Source: an uncultured delta proteobacterium
GTDB lineage: Bacteria; Myxococcota_A; Polyangia; Fen-1088
Length of the DNA: 64,000 bases
Assembly: GCA_963767925.1 (NCBI GenBank)
Contig: CAVYGB010000010.1
Span: 1,568,001 to 1,632,000 of the forward strand
Direction: 5' to 3'
Shown here: positions 12,947 to 22,526 of the stretch, in pieces
Numbering within the stretch: the stretch's first letter is position 1
How the letters are laid out: each line of letters begins with the position of its first letter
Notes under the pieces: generated by a model
Told to the model about the DNA's origin: nothing
Seen by the model: only the letters and a program-made list of their open reading frames with translations
Database searches by the model: none
Position numbers and translations under genes: made by a program

Positions 12947-14194
12947 ATGCAGCCTTTTTCGTTTCTTTGCTCGTCGCGCCGCCCGCGGCTCCTGGCCCTT
13001 GCCGTGGCCCTGCCGGTCGTCCTGCTGGGGGACGCCGCCCTGCCACGCCTGGCCCAGGCCTACGACCCGGATCCCGTCACCGGGACCGGGACCACGCCCA
13101 CCGGCCTGACCAAGGACGACTTCGAGGACCTGCGCCTGTGGTCGCTCGACGGCGACGAGTGGGTCCCCTTCAACAACACCATCTACGAGACCTTCTTCAA
13201 CCGGGCCAACTGCCTGTGCAACGCGCCTCTGCGCATCCAGCTGCTGCTCAAGGCCAGCGCCCGGGCCAAGGTGACCCGGGGCGCCCGGGCCGACATCGTC
13301 CTGCGGGCGGGCGACCAGACCTGCGTCTGCACCGGCGCCAACTGCGCCAACCTCAACTGCAAGGACCTGGGCCCGGTCAAGGATCTGAACGGTCTCATCA
13401 ACGGCGGCCTCACCTTCGACACCACCGTGCGCGAGGTGTTCGAGGCCGGACGCCCCGCCACGGCCACCGGCAACGTCTGCGACCGCGACGAGATGCAGAA
13501 CCTCTGGGTCTGGATGGACAGCGACGACGCCGGCAGGGACACCGAGCTGACCGACTTCAGCAAGGCCATCGAGCTCGACGGTGTGCCGCCGCCCGCCCCC
13601 AGCGGCCTGCGCGTGACCCCGGGCAACGACGCCCTCGAGCTCGCCTGGGACCCGCTCGACTACCTCGACGACTTCCAGGGCTACATCGTCTTTTGCAGCC
13701 GGGGCGAGAACCTGCCCGTGTTCCCCGGCGCCTTTTCCCCGCTCTATTACACCCCGGCCGGCGTGTGCCCGGGCCAGACCACCGCCGGCGCCACCACCGG
13801 CGGCGGGGCGGTCGCCCAGGAACAACCCACCGGTGGATCGAGCGGACCCGCTCCGGTCGGCCTGGCCACGCTCGACCCCCAGTTCGTCTGCAGCAAGATC
13901 ATCACCGCCGAGTCGCGGCTGCGGCTGTTCCAGCTCCAGAACGGCATCCCCTACGCGGTGGCGGTGGCCTCGGTGGACAAGCGGGGCAACGCCAGCGTGA
14001 TCGACAGCGCCGTGCTGCAGGTCCCCATCCCCACCCGCGACTTCTACCGGAGCTACCGGGAGGGCGGCGGCTCGGCCGAGGGAGGGTTCTGCGCGATCGC
14101 CACCACCCGCGGCGCGCGCGAGCCCTGGCTGGCGCTGGTCGTGATCCTGCCCCTGGCCGCGCTGGCCATCCGCCGCGCCCGGAGGCGGCCGTGA
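12947..14194 (+). CDS. Secreted Cys-containing protein with Fn3-like region and MYXO-CTERM-like C-terminal sorting signal (resembles MXAN_2561 family)
   Basis: Signal peptide; PPPAPSGLRVTPGNDALELAW Fn3-like segment; DFYRSYREGGG..GGFC + TM + RRARRR tail. Confidence 0.7.
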   Translation: MQPFSFLCSSRRPRLLALAVALPVVLLGDAALPRLAQAYDPDPVTGTGTTPTGLTKDDFEDLRLWSLDGDEWVPFNNTIYETFFNRANCLCNAPLRIQLLLKASARAKVTRGARADIVLRAGDQTCVCTGANCANLNCKDLGPVKDLNGLINGGLTFDTTVREVFEAGRPATATGNVCDRDEMQNLWVWMDSDDAGRDTELTDFSKAIELDGVPPPAPSGLRVTPGNDALELAWDPLDYLDDFQGYIVFCSRGENLPVFPGAFSPLYYTPAGVCPGQTTAGATTGGGAVAQEQPTGGSSGPAPVGLATLDPQFVCSKIITAESRLRLFQLQNGIPYAVAVASVDKRGNASVIDSAVLQVPIPTRDFYRSYREGGGSAEGGFCAIATTRGAREPWLALVVILPLAALAIRRARRRP

Positions 14195-14955
14195 TCCGGA
14201 GGGCCGGCCTCGCCGCGCTCCTGGCGGCCGCCCTGCTGGGCGGCGGAGCCGCGCCGGCGGCCGCCCAGACCATCTTGCGCGAGGCGCAGGCTTACCGCAG
14301 CTCGCGCAACTTCATGCTCGAGCTGCGCTTCGGGCCCTATTCGCCCGACGTCGACGCCGAGTTCGGGGGCGCGGCCACCCCCCACCGGGACTTCTTCGGC
14401 AGCAAGCGGCGGCTGATGACCCAGGTCGAGCTCGACTACCAGCTCTTCCAGGGCTTCGGCAGCGCCGCGGTCGGCCTCTCGCTGGGCTACTTCAAGGAAG
14501 AGGCCCAGGCCTTCGCCGAGCCCGCTGACGGCGAGCCGGCCACCGTGCGGAGCGGGGACAAGTCGCGCCTATCGCTGTACCCGGTGGCCGTGCTGGGGGT
14601 CTATCGCGCCGACCAGCTCTGGCACTTCATGCGCATCCCCCTGGTCCCCTACGTCAAGCTCGGGCTCAACTACACCTTCTGGAACGTCTACGACGGCAAC
14701 GACCGCGTCGCCACCGCCAGCCCGAGCGGGCGGGGCCGGGGCGGCACCTGGGGCTGGCAGGCGGCCGCCGGCCTCTCCTTCGTGATGAACGTGATCGACC
14801 CCGGCGCCGCGCGCGAGCTGGACTCGGAGACCGGGATCAACAACACCCAGGTCTTCTTCGAGGTGGCCAAGTTCGCCGTCTCCGGCCTCGGCCAGGACAA
14901 CCGCATGCACCTCGGCGACGCCACCTGGCTCACCGGCCTCGCTTTTGAATTTTGA
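14191..14955 (+). CDS. Outer-membrane beta-barrel protein (resembles MXAN_2562 family)
   Basis: GTGA overlap; signal peptide ending AAA-Q; LELRFGPYSPDVD; alternating beta strands; C-terminal LAFEF beta-signal. Confidence 0.72.
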   Translation: MIRRAGLAALLAAALLGGGAAPAAAQTILREAQAYRSSRNFMLELRFGPYSPDVDAEFGGAATPHRDFFGSKRRLMTQVELDYQLFQGFGSAAVGLSLGYFKEEAQAFAEPADGEPATVRSGDKSRLSLYPVAVLGVYRADQLWHFMRIPLVPYVKLGLNYTFWNVYDGNDRVATASPSGRGRGGTWGWQAAAGLSFVMNVIDPGAARELDSETGINNTQVFFEVAKFAVSGLGQDNRMHLGDATWLTGLAFEF

Positions 14956-15703
14956 TCCGGTCAGGCGCGCCCGCAACCTCCGGGTGCTGATCGAATACGA
15001 CGGCACCGAGTTCGCCGGCTGGCAGCGGCAGGACGGGCAGCGCACGGTGCAGGGCTGCCTCGAGGCGGCTGTGCTGGCGATGACCGGGGAGGCGCCCTTC
15101 GTACGCGGGGCCGGCCGCACCGACGCCGGCGTGCACGCCCTCGGACAGGTCGCCACCTTCCAGACCGACGCCCGCATCCCCGCGGCCGGCTTCCTGCGCG
15201 GCCTCAACAGCCACCTGCCCGGGGACATCTCCGTGCGCGAGCTGGCCGAGGCGCCGCCCGACTTCGACGCCCGCCGCTCGGCCCGGGGCAAGCTCTACCG
15301 CTACCAGCTCTGGAACGATCCCGTGCGCGCGCCCCTCGTCGCCCGCACGAGCTGGCACTGCCGGGCGCCCCTCGACCTCCCGGCCATGCGCGCCGCCGCC
15401 GTCCACTTCGTCGGGGAGCACGACTTCGCCGCCTTCCGCGCCTCGGATTGCGAGCGCCGGACCACCGTGCGCCTGATCCGCCGCTTCGACATCGAGGCGG
15501 CCGGCCCCCTCGTGCGCTGCGAGGTGGAGGGGACCGCCTTCCTCAAGCACATGGTCCGCATCCTCATCGGCACCCTGGTGGGCGTGGGCCGCGGCGGCCT
15601 CCGCCCCGAAGACGTCGCCCGCATCCTGCAGGGACGCGACCGCACCAGGGCCGGCGTCACCGCCCCCTCCCGCGGCCTCACCCTGGTTCGCGTCGACTAC
15701 TGA
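14945..15703 (+). CDS. truA: tRNA pseudouridine(38-40) synthase
   Basis: IEYDGTEFAGWQRQ, AGRTDAGVHA, GEHDFAAF, FLKHMVR. Confidence 0.95.
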   Translation: MNFDPVRRARNLRVLIEYDGTEFAGWQRQDGQRTVQGCLEAAVLAMTGEAPFVRGAGRTDAGVHALGQVATFQTDARIPAAGFLRGLNSHLPGDISVRELAEAPPDFDARRSARGKLYRYQLWNDPVRAPLVARTSWHCRAPLDLPAMRAAAVHFVGEHDFAAFRASDCERRTTVRLIRRFDIEAAGPLVRCEVEGTAFLKHMVRILIGTLVGVGRGGLRPEDVARILQGRDRTRAGVTAPSRGLTLVRVDY

Positions 15704-15719
15704 GAGGGGAGGCCCGCGC

Positions 15720-16511
15720 TCAGGTGGGGCCCAGCTTGCCCTCGCCGGCGCGTTCGGGGGGCGTCCCGGACGGCGGCGGCGGGGCGAGGGCGGCGGTGGG
15801 GTCGAGCATCTTGCCGATGGCGGCGCGCACGCGTTCCAGCAGGGCGTGGCGATCGGCGTCGGTCAGGCCGGTGGTGGGGACCGGCTCGCCGAAGGTGACG
15901 TGGACGTGGCCCGGCCGCAGCAGCAGGCTCGAGCGCGGCATGCAGGCCCGGGTCCCGTGCAGGGCGATGGGCACCACCGGCACGCCGGCCTCTATCGCCA
16001 GGTGAAAGCCGCCCTTCTTGAAGGCGCCGAGCCGGCCGTCGCGCGAGCGGGTCCCCTCGGGAAAGATCAGGACCGAGTCGCCGCCGCGGATGCGGCGCCC
16101 GGCCTCGTCGATGCTGCGCCGGGCGGCGATGGCGTTGGCCCGGTCGACGAAGATGAAGCGACCGGCCCGCATGCCCCAGCCCAGCAGGGGAATCGCCCCG
16201 AGCTGCTTCTTGGCGATCATGCGCACCCGCAGCGGCAGGGCGGCGTACAGCGCCCAGATGTCGACCGCCGACAGGTGGTTGGCCATGAAGACGTAGGTCT
16301 GGTCCTTGCTGAGGCGCCCCCGCCACTCGACCGTCACCGTCACGCCGGCGAACCACAGCACCGCCCGCGACCAGAGCCGCGCCAGATCGATCACCCGATC
16401 GCCGCTGGCATCGAACAGGCGCGCGACGAGGGCCGCCAGCGCGCCAACGATCGTGGCCACCGCGATGAAGGTGCTCGAGACGACGGAGCGGATGGAATTG
16501 ACGAGACGCAT
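15720..16511 (-). CDS. plsC: 1-acyl-sn-glycerol-3-phosphate acyltransferase
   Basis: ANHLSAVD, FIFVDR, IFPEGTRS, FKKG, VPVVP. Confidence 0.88.
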   Translation of the reverse strand: MRLVNSIRSVVSSTFIAVATIVGALAALVARLFDASGDRVIDLARLWSRAVLWFAGVTVTVEWRGRLSKDQTYVFMANHLSAVDIWALYAALPLRVRMIAKKQLGAIPLLGWGMRAGRFIFVDRANAIAARRSIDEAGRRIRGGDSVLIFPEGTRSRDGRLGAFKKGGFHLAIEAGVPVVPIALHGTRACMPRSSLLLRPGHVHVTFGEPVPTTGLTDADRHALLERVRAAIGKMLDPTAALAPPPPSGTPPERAGEGKLGPT

Positions 16512-16662
16512 GGCGGAACCCGGGCGGCGGGCGAGAAGTTACTGCAACGGGGACGGGCGCGGCCAGGTTTTCGGGCCAAGCCCCTAGGGCTCGACCCGGC
16601 TTTGACGCCCGCGATGTACAGCCGGGGCTGTGCCGGCCCCATAAGGACGGGTGGCCTGGCGG

Positions 16663-16692
16663 TTGACGACTGAACACGCGCTCAGCTATACC
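16663..16692 (+). promoter_or_regulatory. Sigma70-like promoter with a LexA-box-like palindrome in the spacer
   Basis: TTGACG-N18-TATACC; CTGAAC-ACGC-GCTCAG at 16670-16685. Confidence 0.5.
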
Positions 16693-16730
16693 GCCGGGGG
16701 TCGATACAAACCATCGGGAGGAGGAGAACG

Positions 16731-17333
16731 ATGAACCTGAAAAGCGTGATCTCTGGCTGTCTCGGCGTCGCCCTGGCGGCGGGTATGGCGGTGGCCCAGG
16801 ACAAGAAGAAGGGCGGCAAGGAAGCCGACCCCGAGGCCATGATGGCAGCCTACGAGAAGGCGGCCACGCCCGGTGAGCAACACCGGCTGCTGCAGAAGCA
16901 GGTCGGCACGTGGAACCTCACGCTCAAGAGCTGGGGCACGCCCGACGGACAGCCGATGGAGTCGACCGGCACCGCCGAGAGCAAGTCGATCCTCGGCGAC
17001 CGCTACATCCAGACCTCGGTCACCTCGAACATGATGGGCAAGGCGTTCACCGGGCTCGGCACCACCGGCTACGACAACGCCCGGAAGAAGTTCGTGGGCA
17101 CCTGGATCGACTCCATGTCGACCGGGCTGATGATTTCCGAGGGGACGACCGATCCCACCGGCAAGGTGTTCACCACGCAGGCCGTGTCCACCGACCCGCT
17201 GACCGGCAAGCCGTCCAAGATGCGCATCGTCAGCACCTGGGAGGGCGACGACAAGATCGTCGAGGAGTTCTTCGAGAAGAAGGGCGGCAAGGAGGTCAAG
17301 ATGATGGAGATCACCTACATCCGGGCCAAGTAG
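16731..17333 (+). CDS. DUF1579 domain secreted protein
   Basis: Strong SD GGAGGAG; signal peptide; ATPGEQH, VGTW, GYDNARKKFVGTWIDSMSTG. Confidence 0.8.
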   Translation: MNLKSVISGCLGVALAAGMAVAQDKKKGGKEADPEAMMAAYEKAATPGEQHRLLQKQVGTWNLTLKSWGTPDGQPMESTGTAESKSILGDRYIQTSVTSNMMGKAFTGLGTTGYDNARKKFVGTWIDSMSTGLMISEGTTDPTGKVFTTQAVSTDPLTGKPSKMRIVSTWEGDDKIVEEFFEKKGGKEVKMMEITYIRAK

Positions 17334-17572
17334 CCAGTCGCTCGACCAGGGGCCAGGCTCCGGCGCCTCCCGGGGGCCCGGGCCGGCCACCCCTGGGGCG
17401 ACCACCCGCTGGTCTGGGACGACGTACCGCCGGTGTAACGAGCGGACGGGTGCCAGCGGCCAACGTCGCAGACTGACTGGAGTTGCCCCCCCGAGCCGTG
17501 CCCCCGAGAGAAGGCCGGCCTTCCCCTGCAAACGCGGGCACGGCGAAGCGCCAGGTGATATCCTCTGGCAGG

Positions 17573-18499
17573 TTGGATTTCCGCAAGTCCTTTTACATCC
17601 TGCCGAATCTGTTCACGCTCTCCTGCGTTCTGTGCGGATTCGTGTCGCTGGCGCTGTCGTCGACAGGGGGCGCGGATGAAAACCTCTACCTGGCGGCGCT
17701 CGCCATCTGCTTCGGGTTCTTCTTCGACACCTTCGATGGCCGGGTCGCCCGGTTGACGAAGACCCAGACCGACCTCGGGCGCGACCTCGATTCGCTGGCC
17801 GACGTGATCACGTTCGGCGCGGCCCCCGCCCTGCTGGTCTACCGCTGGGGCCTCACCAGCTTCGGCCGCCTGGGCATCCTCATCGCCGGTCTGTTCGTCT
17901 GCGCGGGCGCCCTGCGGCTGGCCCGCTTCAACGTGCTGTCGCGCCGGGAAGAGGCGGGCGGCCAGAAGAACCCCGGCAAATACATCCTCGGGCTCACCAT
18001 CCCGACCGCCGCCAGCGTGCTGGTGTTCATGGTCATCGTGAGCCACAACGCTGGGCCCTTTCGCCTGATCAGCGAGAGCTCCACCGCGATCATCGTGCTG
18101 ATCCTGTCGGCCTTGATGGTCTCGCGGGTCCGCTTCCGCTCGTTCAAGGACGTCCGCCTCACCGGCAAGACGGTCGGCGTGTTGCTGCTGGTCATCGGCG
18201 CCGCGACCGCGATCATCTTCGCCGGGCTCGAGAAGGCGTTCATCTTCCTCCTGCTCGTGCTGGCCTATATCGGGCTGGGCCTGGCCGAGGAGATCATCTT
18301 CTTCCGCTCGCGCCGGCTGGAGGCGCGGGACGCCGCCCGCCCCCAGCCCAGTCCGGCCGCCGGCGAGGAAGAGGTCCTGCGCGAGCTCGGCGCCTTCGAC
18401 TCGGACGACGATCCCGGGGAAGGGACGAACCAAGAAGTCCGACAAGACGGCCGCCCCCTCCCCGGCCCCCTCTCCGGCCGGCAAGCCAAGACCCGCTGA
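17573..18499 (+). CDS. pssA: CDP-diacylglycerol--serine O-phosphatidyltransferase
   Basis: ILPNLFT, DTFDGRVAR, LDSLADVITFGAAP, LRLARFN; start codon uncertain. Confidence 0.88.
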   Translation: MDFRKSFYILPNLFTLSCVLCGFVSLALSSTGGADENLYLAALAICFGFFFDTFDGRVARLTKTQTDLGRDLDSLADVITFGAAPALLVYRWGLTSFGRLGILIAGLFVCAGALRLARFNVLSRREEAGGQKNPGKYILGLTIPTAASVLVFMVIVSHNAGPFRLISESSTAIIVLILSALMVSRVRFRSFKDVRLTGKTVGVLLLVIGAATAIIFAGLEKAFIFLLLVLAYIGLGLAEEIIFFRSRRLEARDAARPQPSPAAGEEEVLRELGAFDSDDDPGEGTNQEVRQDGRPLPGPLSGRQAKTR

Positions 18500-18516
18500 C
18501 CGGACGGGCGACCGGC

Positions 18517-18632
18517 GGACCCCTCACGCCTCCCTCTCCCGCTGCCGCGGGGCGAGGGCGAACGACTCGCCAGGTGCCCCGATCACCCTCCGACCAAGCA
18601 CCCCCCGGGGGAGGGGGAGGGGGAGGGGTGAG
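18517..18632. repeat. REP-like element between convergent genes (same family as 1-163)
   Basis: 18517-18566 is nearly identical to the reverse complement of 116-163; degenerate G-rich partner arm at ~18600-18632. Confidence 0.7.
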
Positions 18633-18657
18633 GATCTCCTCCGGTCGCCGCTTTCGA

Positions 18658-19080
18658 TCAGGCCTTGGGAGCCGGGGCGGCGGGGGGCGGAGCGCCCTTG
18701 CGCTCGCCGTCGTCGATCTCGACGAAGATGCCGTAGACGATGGCCAGGGCGGGCGCCACCAGCAGCGGGATCTGCAGGAGCGGCCGGTCGCCGGCGCCGA
18801 GCTGCTCCGGCAGCGGGAGCGTGACCCCGCCGAGGAACTTGCTGGCGCCCCAGTACAGGCCGGCGCAGACCGCGGCGCCGAACAGGCCCTTCAAGGCCGG
18901 GGTCCACATCGTCTCCTGCCGCCACACGGCCTTGCCGCAGACCAGGCCGACCAGGAACCCCACCGCCGCGTAGGTCGCGTAGGCCATCGGGCCCGAGGTG
19001 ATGCCCAGCTTCATGGCCGCGTAGCCCAGTCCGGCGCCGATGAGCGTCCCTTTGATGATCCCGAGTAGCACGCGCACCAT
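18658..19080 (-). CDS. Hypothetical 4-TM membrane protein
   Basis: MVRVLLGIIKGTLIGAGLG..., four hydrophobic segments, GC3-biased codons. Confidence 0.7.
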   Translation of the reverse strand: MVRVLLGIIKGTLIGAGLGYAAMKLGITSGPMAYATYAAVGFLVGLVCGKAVWRQETMWTPALKGLFGAAVCAGLYWGASKFLGGVTLPLPEQLGAGDRPLLQIPLLVAPALAIVYGIFVEIDDGERKGAPPPAAPAPKA

Positions 19081-19145
19081 GGTGCCTGGGAGTATAGCAG
19101 CCAGGCACCCCGGGAGGGCGGTGTCCGTGGCTGGCGCAGGGCCGC

Positions 19146-20543
19146 CTACTGCTTGGCGACCGGAGCCCCGCTGGACTGTGACGGCGGCGGCAACGCGCCC
19201 CGGAAGCTCTGCAGAAACGGCCGGATCGTGGCCAGGAAGGCCGCCCGATCGGGGACCGCCGCCTCGCGGACCGACTGCAGCCTGGTGGGGTCGATGAAGG
19301 CCCCGTTCCGGGTCACCGCGAAGTGCAGGTGGGGGCCGGTCGAGAGTCCCGTGGTGCCCACGTATCCGATGAGGTCCTTCTGGCGAACCTGCCGGCCCGC
19401 CCGCATCCCCGCGGCGAAACGCTGCAGGTGGTAGTAGCGGGTGGCCAGGCCGTTGCCGTGCTGGATGACGACGGTGTTGCCCGAGCCGGGCTTGCCGCCG
19501 CACTCGACCACCCGGCCGGAGGCCGAGGCCCAGATTGGCGTCCCGGTCGGGGCAGCATAGTCGACCCCCAGGTGGGCCTTGGTCCGGTGCAAGATGGGAT
19601 GAAAGCGCTTGCGATCGAACTTCGAGCTGATGCGCACGAACCGCAGCGGCGTCTTCAGGAACGACTTGGCGATGGCCTGTCCGCGCTCGTCGTAATATTG
19701 CAGGGGCCCCCCGCCCGCCCCCGGAGCATGGGCGAAGGCCCGCAGGGTCCCCACCGTGCGGCCGCTGTATTCGGCGGCCAGGATGCGCCCGTAACGAAAG
19801 AACTGCTTGTCGAGGTAGTGCTTCTCCACGACCACCCGCCAGCGGTCGCCCGGGTGCGTGTCGGTGTAGAAGTTGATGTCCCAGGCGAACAGGTCGACGA
19901 GCTGGCTGACCAGCGCCGGGCTCTCCCCGGCCTTCGAGATCGAATCGTAGAGCGACGAGTCGATGGCCCCGCCGGCCTCCGAGGCCTGCACGTCGACCGG
20001 CTTTTCCTCCTTGCGCCCGCTCCAGCTCCCCTCCCGCCCGGAGGCGGCGACGACCACGTAGCGCAGCAGGGGGCTCGGCAGGTACTCGAAGGACTGGGGC
20101 GCCCCCTCGGGATCGAACGTCACGGTGTACCGATCGCCGGGGCGAATCGACTTGGGATCGACGAGTCGGGACAGCGCGCGCAGCACGGCGGGGGCAGCGG
20201 CGCCAAGCCCCTCGCGGGCCAGCAACTCGTACAGCGTGTCGTCGGTCCCGATGGTCCCCTCGACCGTGCGCCCCTCCGCGTCCGGCAAGACGCTGTCCGC
20301 TACCGGCGCGCGCGGCGCGGGAGTGGCCGGCAACACCGCGGCCGGCGTGGAGAGCACCGCCGTCTTGCTGGCCGCCGGCTCCTTCAGCTTCGTGAGCGAC
20401 GTGCCGTCATGGAAGAAAAAGACGTACACGTTGACCGCGGTGAGCGCGATCAGGACCAGCGTCACGCGCACAGAGCGTCGCAGCTCCGAGCTTCGACGCC
20501 GGCGCAGGTTCTTTCGGCGGCGGGCCACACTCCAGAGCACCAC
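19146..20543 (-). CDS. M23 family peptidoglycan DD-endopeptidase (MepM-like)
   Basis: N-terminal TM; RFHPILH, HLGVDYAAPTGTP, YYHL, GLSTGPHLHF. Confidence 0.9.
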   Translation of the reverse strand: MVLWSVARRRKNLRRRRSSELRRSVRVTLVLIALTAVNVYVFFFHDGTSLTKLKEPAASKTAVLSTPAAVLPATPAPRAPVADSVLPDAEGRTVEGTIGTDDTLYELLAREGLGAAAPAVLRALSRLVDPKSIRPGDRYTVTFDPEGAPQSFEYLPSPLLRYVVVAASGREGSWSGRKEEKPVDVQASEAGGAIDSSLYDSISKAGESPALVSQLVDLFAWDINFYTDTHPGDRWRVVVEKHYLDKQFFRYGRILAAEYSGRTVGTLRAFAHAPGAGGGPLQYYDERGQAIAKSFLKTPLRFVRISSKFDRKRFHPILHRTKAHLGVDYAAPTGTPIWASASGRVVECGGKPGSGNTVVIQHGNGLATRYYHLQRFAAGMRAGRQVRQKDLIGYVGTTGLSTGPHLHFAVTRNGAFIDPTRLQSVREAAVPDRAAFLATIRPFLQSFRGALPPPSQSSGAPVAKQ

Positions 20544-20658
20544 GGGGGATACACATCGTCAATTTTCCCCAGGACTTTCGCGGCAACACCCCCGATGCAA
20601 AGGGATATCCCGTGCCGCCGCCGCGCACCCTTTGCGCTTCACACCGCTGCGGCAGCGC

Positions 20659-20822
20659 CTAGTGCACCGCTCGCGAAATATCGTCAAGGCTGCGCCGACG
20701 ATCCTGCGCCCCCGCTTCGTTGCTCCTCCTCGGAATATGCCGGATATTCGTCGTCGTCGCGCCTCGCGGGGCCGCAGGCTTGTCGGCGGATCCTTGACGC
20801 TATTTCGAGAGCGGTGCACTAG
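20659..20822. mobile_element. CTAG-flanked palindromic MITE-like element, family A (164 bp)
   Basis: ~53-bp imperfect terminal inverted repeats, CTAG at both ends; second copy at 26180-26343. Confidence 0.85.
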
Positions 20823-22510
20823 TTCGAAGACGGTGCGCTCGTCTCGCGGGCCCGGCGCAACATCTCGTCGGCGTGAGCCGCGGCCTCGCGCGACGGCTGC
20901 GCGCCGGCGAGCATGCGCGCGATCTCGGCGGCCCGCTCGCGCTCATCGAGGGTCGCCACCCGCACGCTGGTGCGGCCACCCGAGGTGTGTTTCTCCACGC
21001 GGATGTGCTGGTCGGCGAAGACGGCGATCTGGGGCAGGTGGGTGACCGCCAGGACCTGGCGATCCGCGGCGATGGCCTTGAGCTTGCGACCGATGACCTC
21101 GGCGGTGCCCCCGCCCACGCCGGTGTCGACCTCGTCGAACACGTAGGTGAGGGCGCGGTCGGACTGGGCGAGCGCCCGCTTGACCGCCAGCATGACCCGC
21201 GACAGCTCACCGCCCGAAGCGATGCGGGCCAGCGGCCGCGCCTCCTCGCCCGGGTTGGGGGCGAAGGAGAAGCGCACCCGATCGCGCCCGCGCGGCCCCG
21301 GCTCCTCTCGATCCTCCACCACCACCTTGACCGAGGCCTCGCGCAGCCCCAGATCCCGCAAGGTCTCGTCGATGCGCTTGCCCAGGGTCCGGGCGGCCTT
21401 GCGCCGCCGCTCGGACAGGGTCTCGGACAGCGCGGACATCTCGGCCCGGGCCTGCTCGACGGCGGCGCGGCGGCTCGCCAGCCCGTCTTCCACCGAACCC
21501 AGCTCCTCGAGCTCGCGGGTCAGGCTCCCGTGGCGCTCGATCACGGCCGCCAGGGTGCCCCCGTGTTTGCGGCACAGGCGCGACAGCAGGTACAGCCGCT
21601 CGTCGATCTGGGCCAGGCGATCGGGCTCGAAGCGGACCTGGCCGGCCAGCCGCGACAGATCGGCGGCGACGTCCTCGACCAGCGCCTGGGCCGAGCGCAG
21701 CCGCTCGGTCAGGGGAGCCAGGGCGGGGTCGAGCTGCTCGAGGGCCTCGAGGTCACGCGCCACCCCGGCGATGCGGGAGCCGGCCGCGCCGTCGCCGGCG
21801 TAGAGGACCTCCTCGCCGCGGGCGAACACGCCGAGGAACTTCTCCGCTCCCCGGATGCGCTCCCGCTCGGCCTTGAGGGCGTCGTCCTCGCCGGCCAGGG
21901 GGGCGGCCTCGTCGAGCTCGCTGAGCTGGAAGCGCAGGTAATCCTCCCGCTCGGCCCGGGCCCGCGAGTCGGCCTCGAAGCCGTCGAGGGCGGCCTGGGC
22001 CTGGCTCAGGCTGCTGAAGGCGGCCCGGGCCCGGTCGACCAGATCGCCGTTGTCCGCGAAGGCGTCGAGGATGGCGAGCTGGCTCTCGGGGTCCATCAGC
22101 GATTGCTGGTCGTGCTGGGAGGTGATGTCGACCAGCGTGCCCACGCTGGCCTGCAGCTCGCTCACGGTGGCGACACTGCCCCCGAGGTGGCTGCGCCCCC
22201 GACCCGAGCGGGCCATCATGCGCCGGACCACCAGCCCCTCGTCGAGGTTGCGCCCCTCGGCCAGCAGCCCCTCGCGCAGAGGCCAGCTCGCGGGCACGTC
22301 GAAGATCGCCTCCACCTCCGCCTCCTCCCGGCCGGTGCGGATCGACTCGGTCCGGGCCCGCCCACCGCGCAGCAGCGCCAGCGCGTCGACCAGGATGCTC
22401 TTGCCGGCCCCCGTCTCGCCGGTGATGACGGTGAGGCCGGGCCGGAAGTGCAGCTCGAGGTTGACGGTATCGATCAAGGCGAAACCGGAAACGCGCAACC
22501 AGCTCAACAT
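20819..22510 (-). CDS. recN: DNA repair protein RecN
   Basis: ITGETGAGKS Walker A, SQHD Q-loop, ASGGELSR, FDEVDTGVGG, VTHLPQIA. Confidence 0.95.
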   Translation of the reverse strand: MLSWLRVSGFALIDTVNLELHFRPGLTVITGETGAGKSILVDALALLRGGRARTESIRTGREEAEVEAIFDVPASWPLREGLLAEGRNLDEGLVVRRMMARSGRGRSHLGGSVATVSELQASVGTLVDITSQHDQQSLMDPESQLAILDAFADNGDLVDRARAAFSSLSQAQAALDGFEADSRARAEREDYLRFQLSELDEAAPLAGEDDALKAERERIRGAEKFLGVFARGEEVLYAGDGAAGSRIAGVARDLEALEQLDPALAPLTERLRSAQALVEDVAADLSRLAGQVRFEPDRLAQIDERLYLLSRLCRKHGGTLAAVIERHGSLTRELEELGSVEDGLASRRAAVEQARAEMSALSETLSERRRKAARTLGKRIDETLRDLGLREASVKVVVEDREEPGPRGRDRVRFSFAPNPGEEARPLARIASGGELSRVMLAVKRALAQSDRALTYVFDEVDTGVGGGTAEVIGRKLKAIAADRQVLAVTHLPQIAVFADQHIRVEKHTSGGRTSVRVATLDERERAAEIARMLAGAQPSREAAAHADEMLRRARETSAPSSN

Positions 22511-22526
22511 GCGGTCATCTCCCTTT

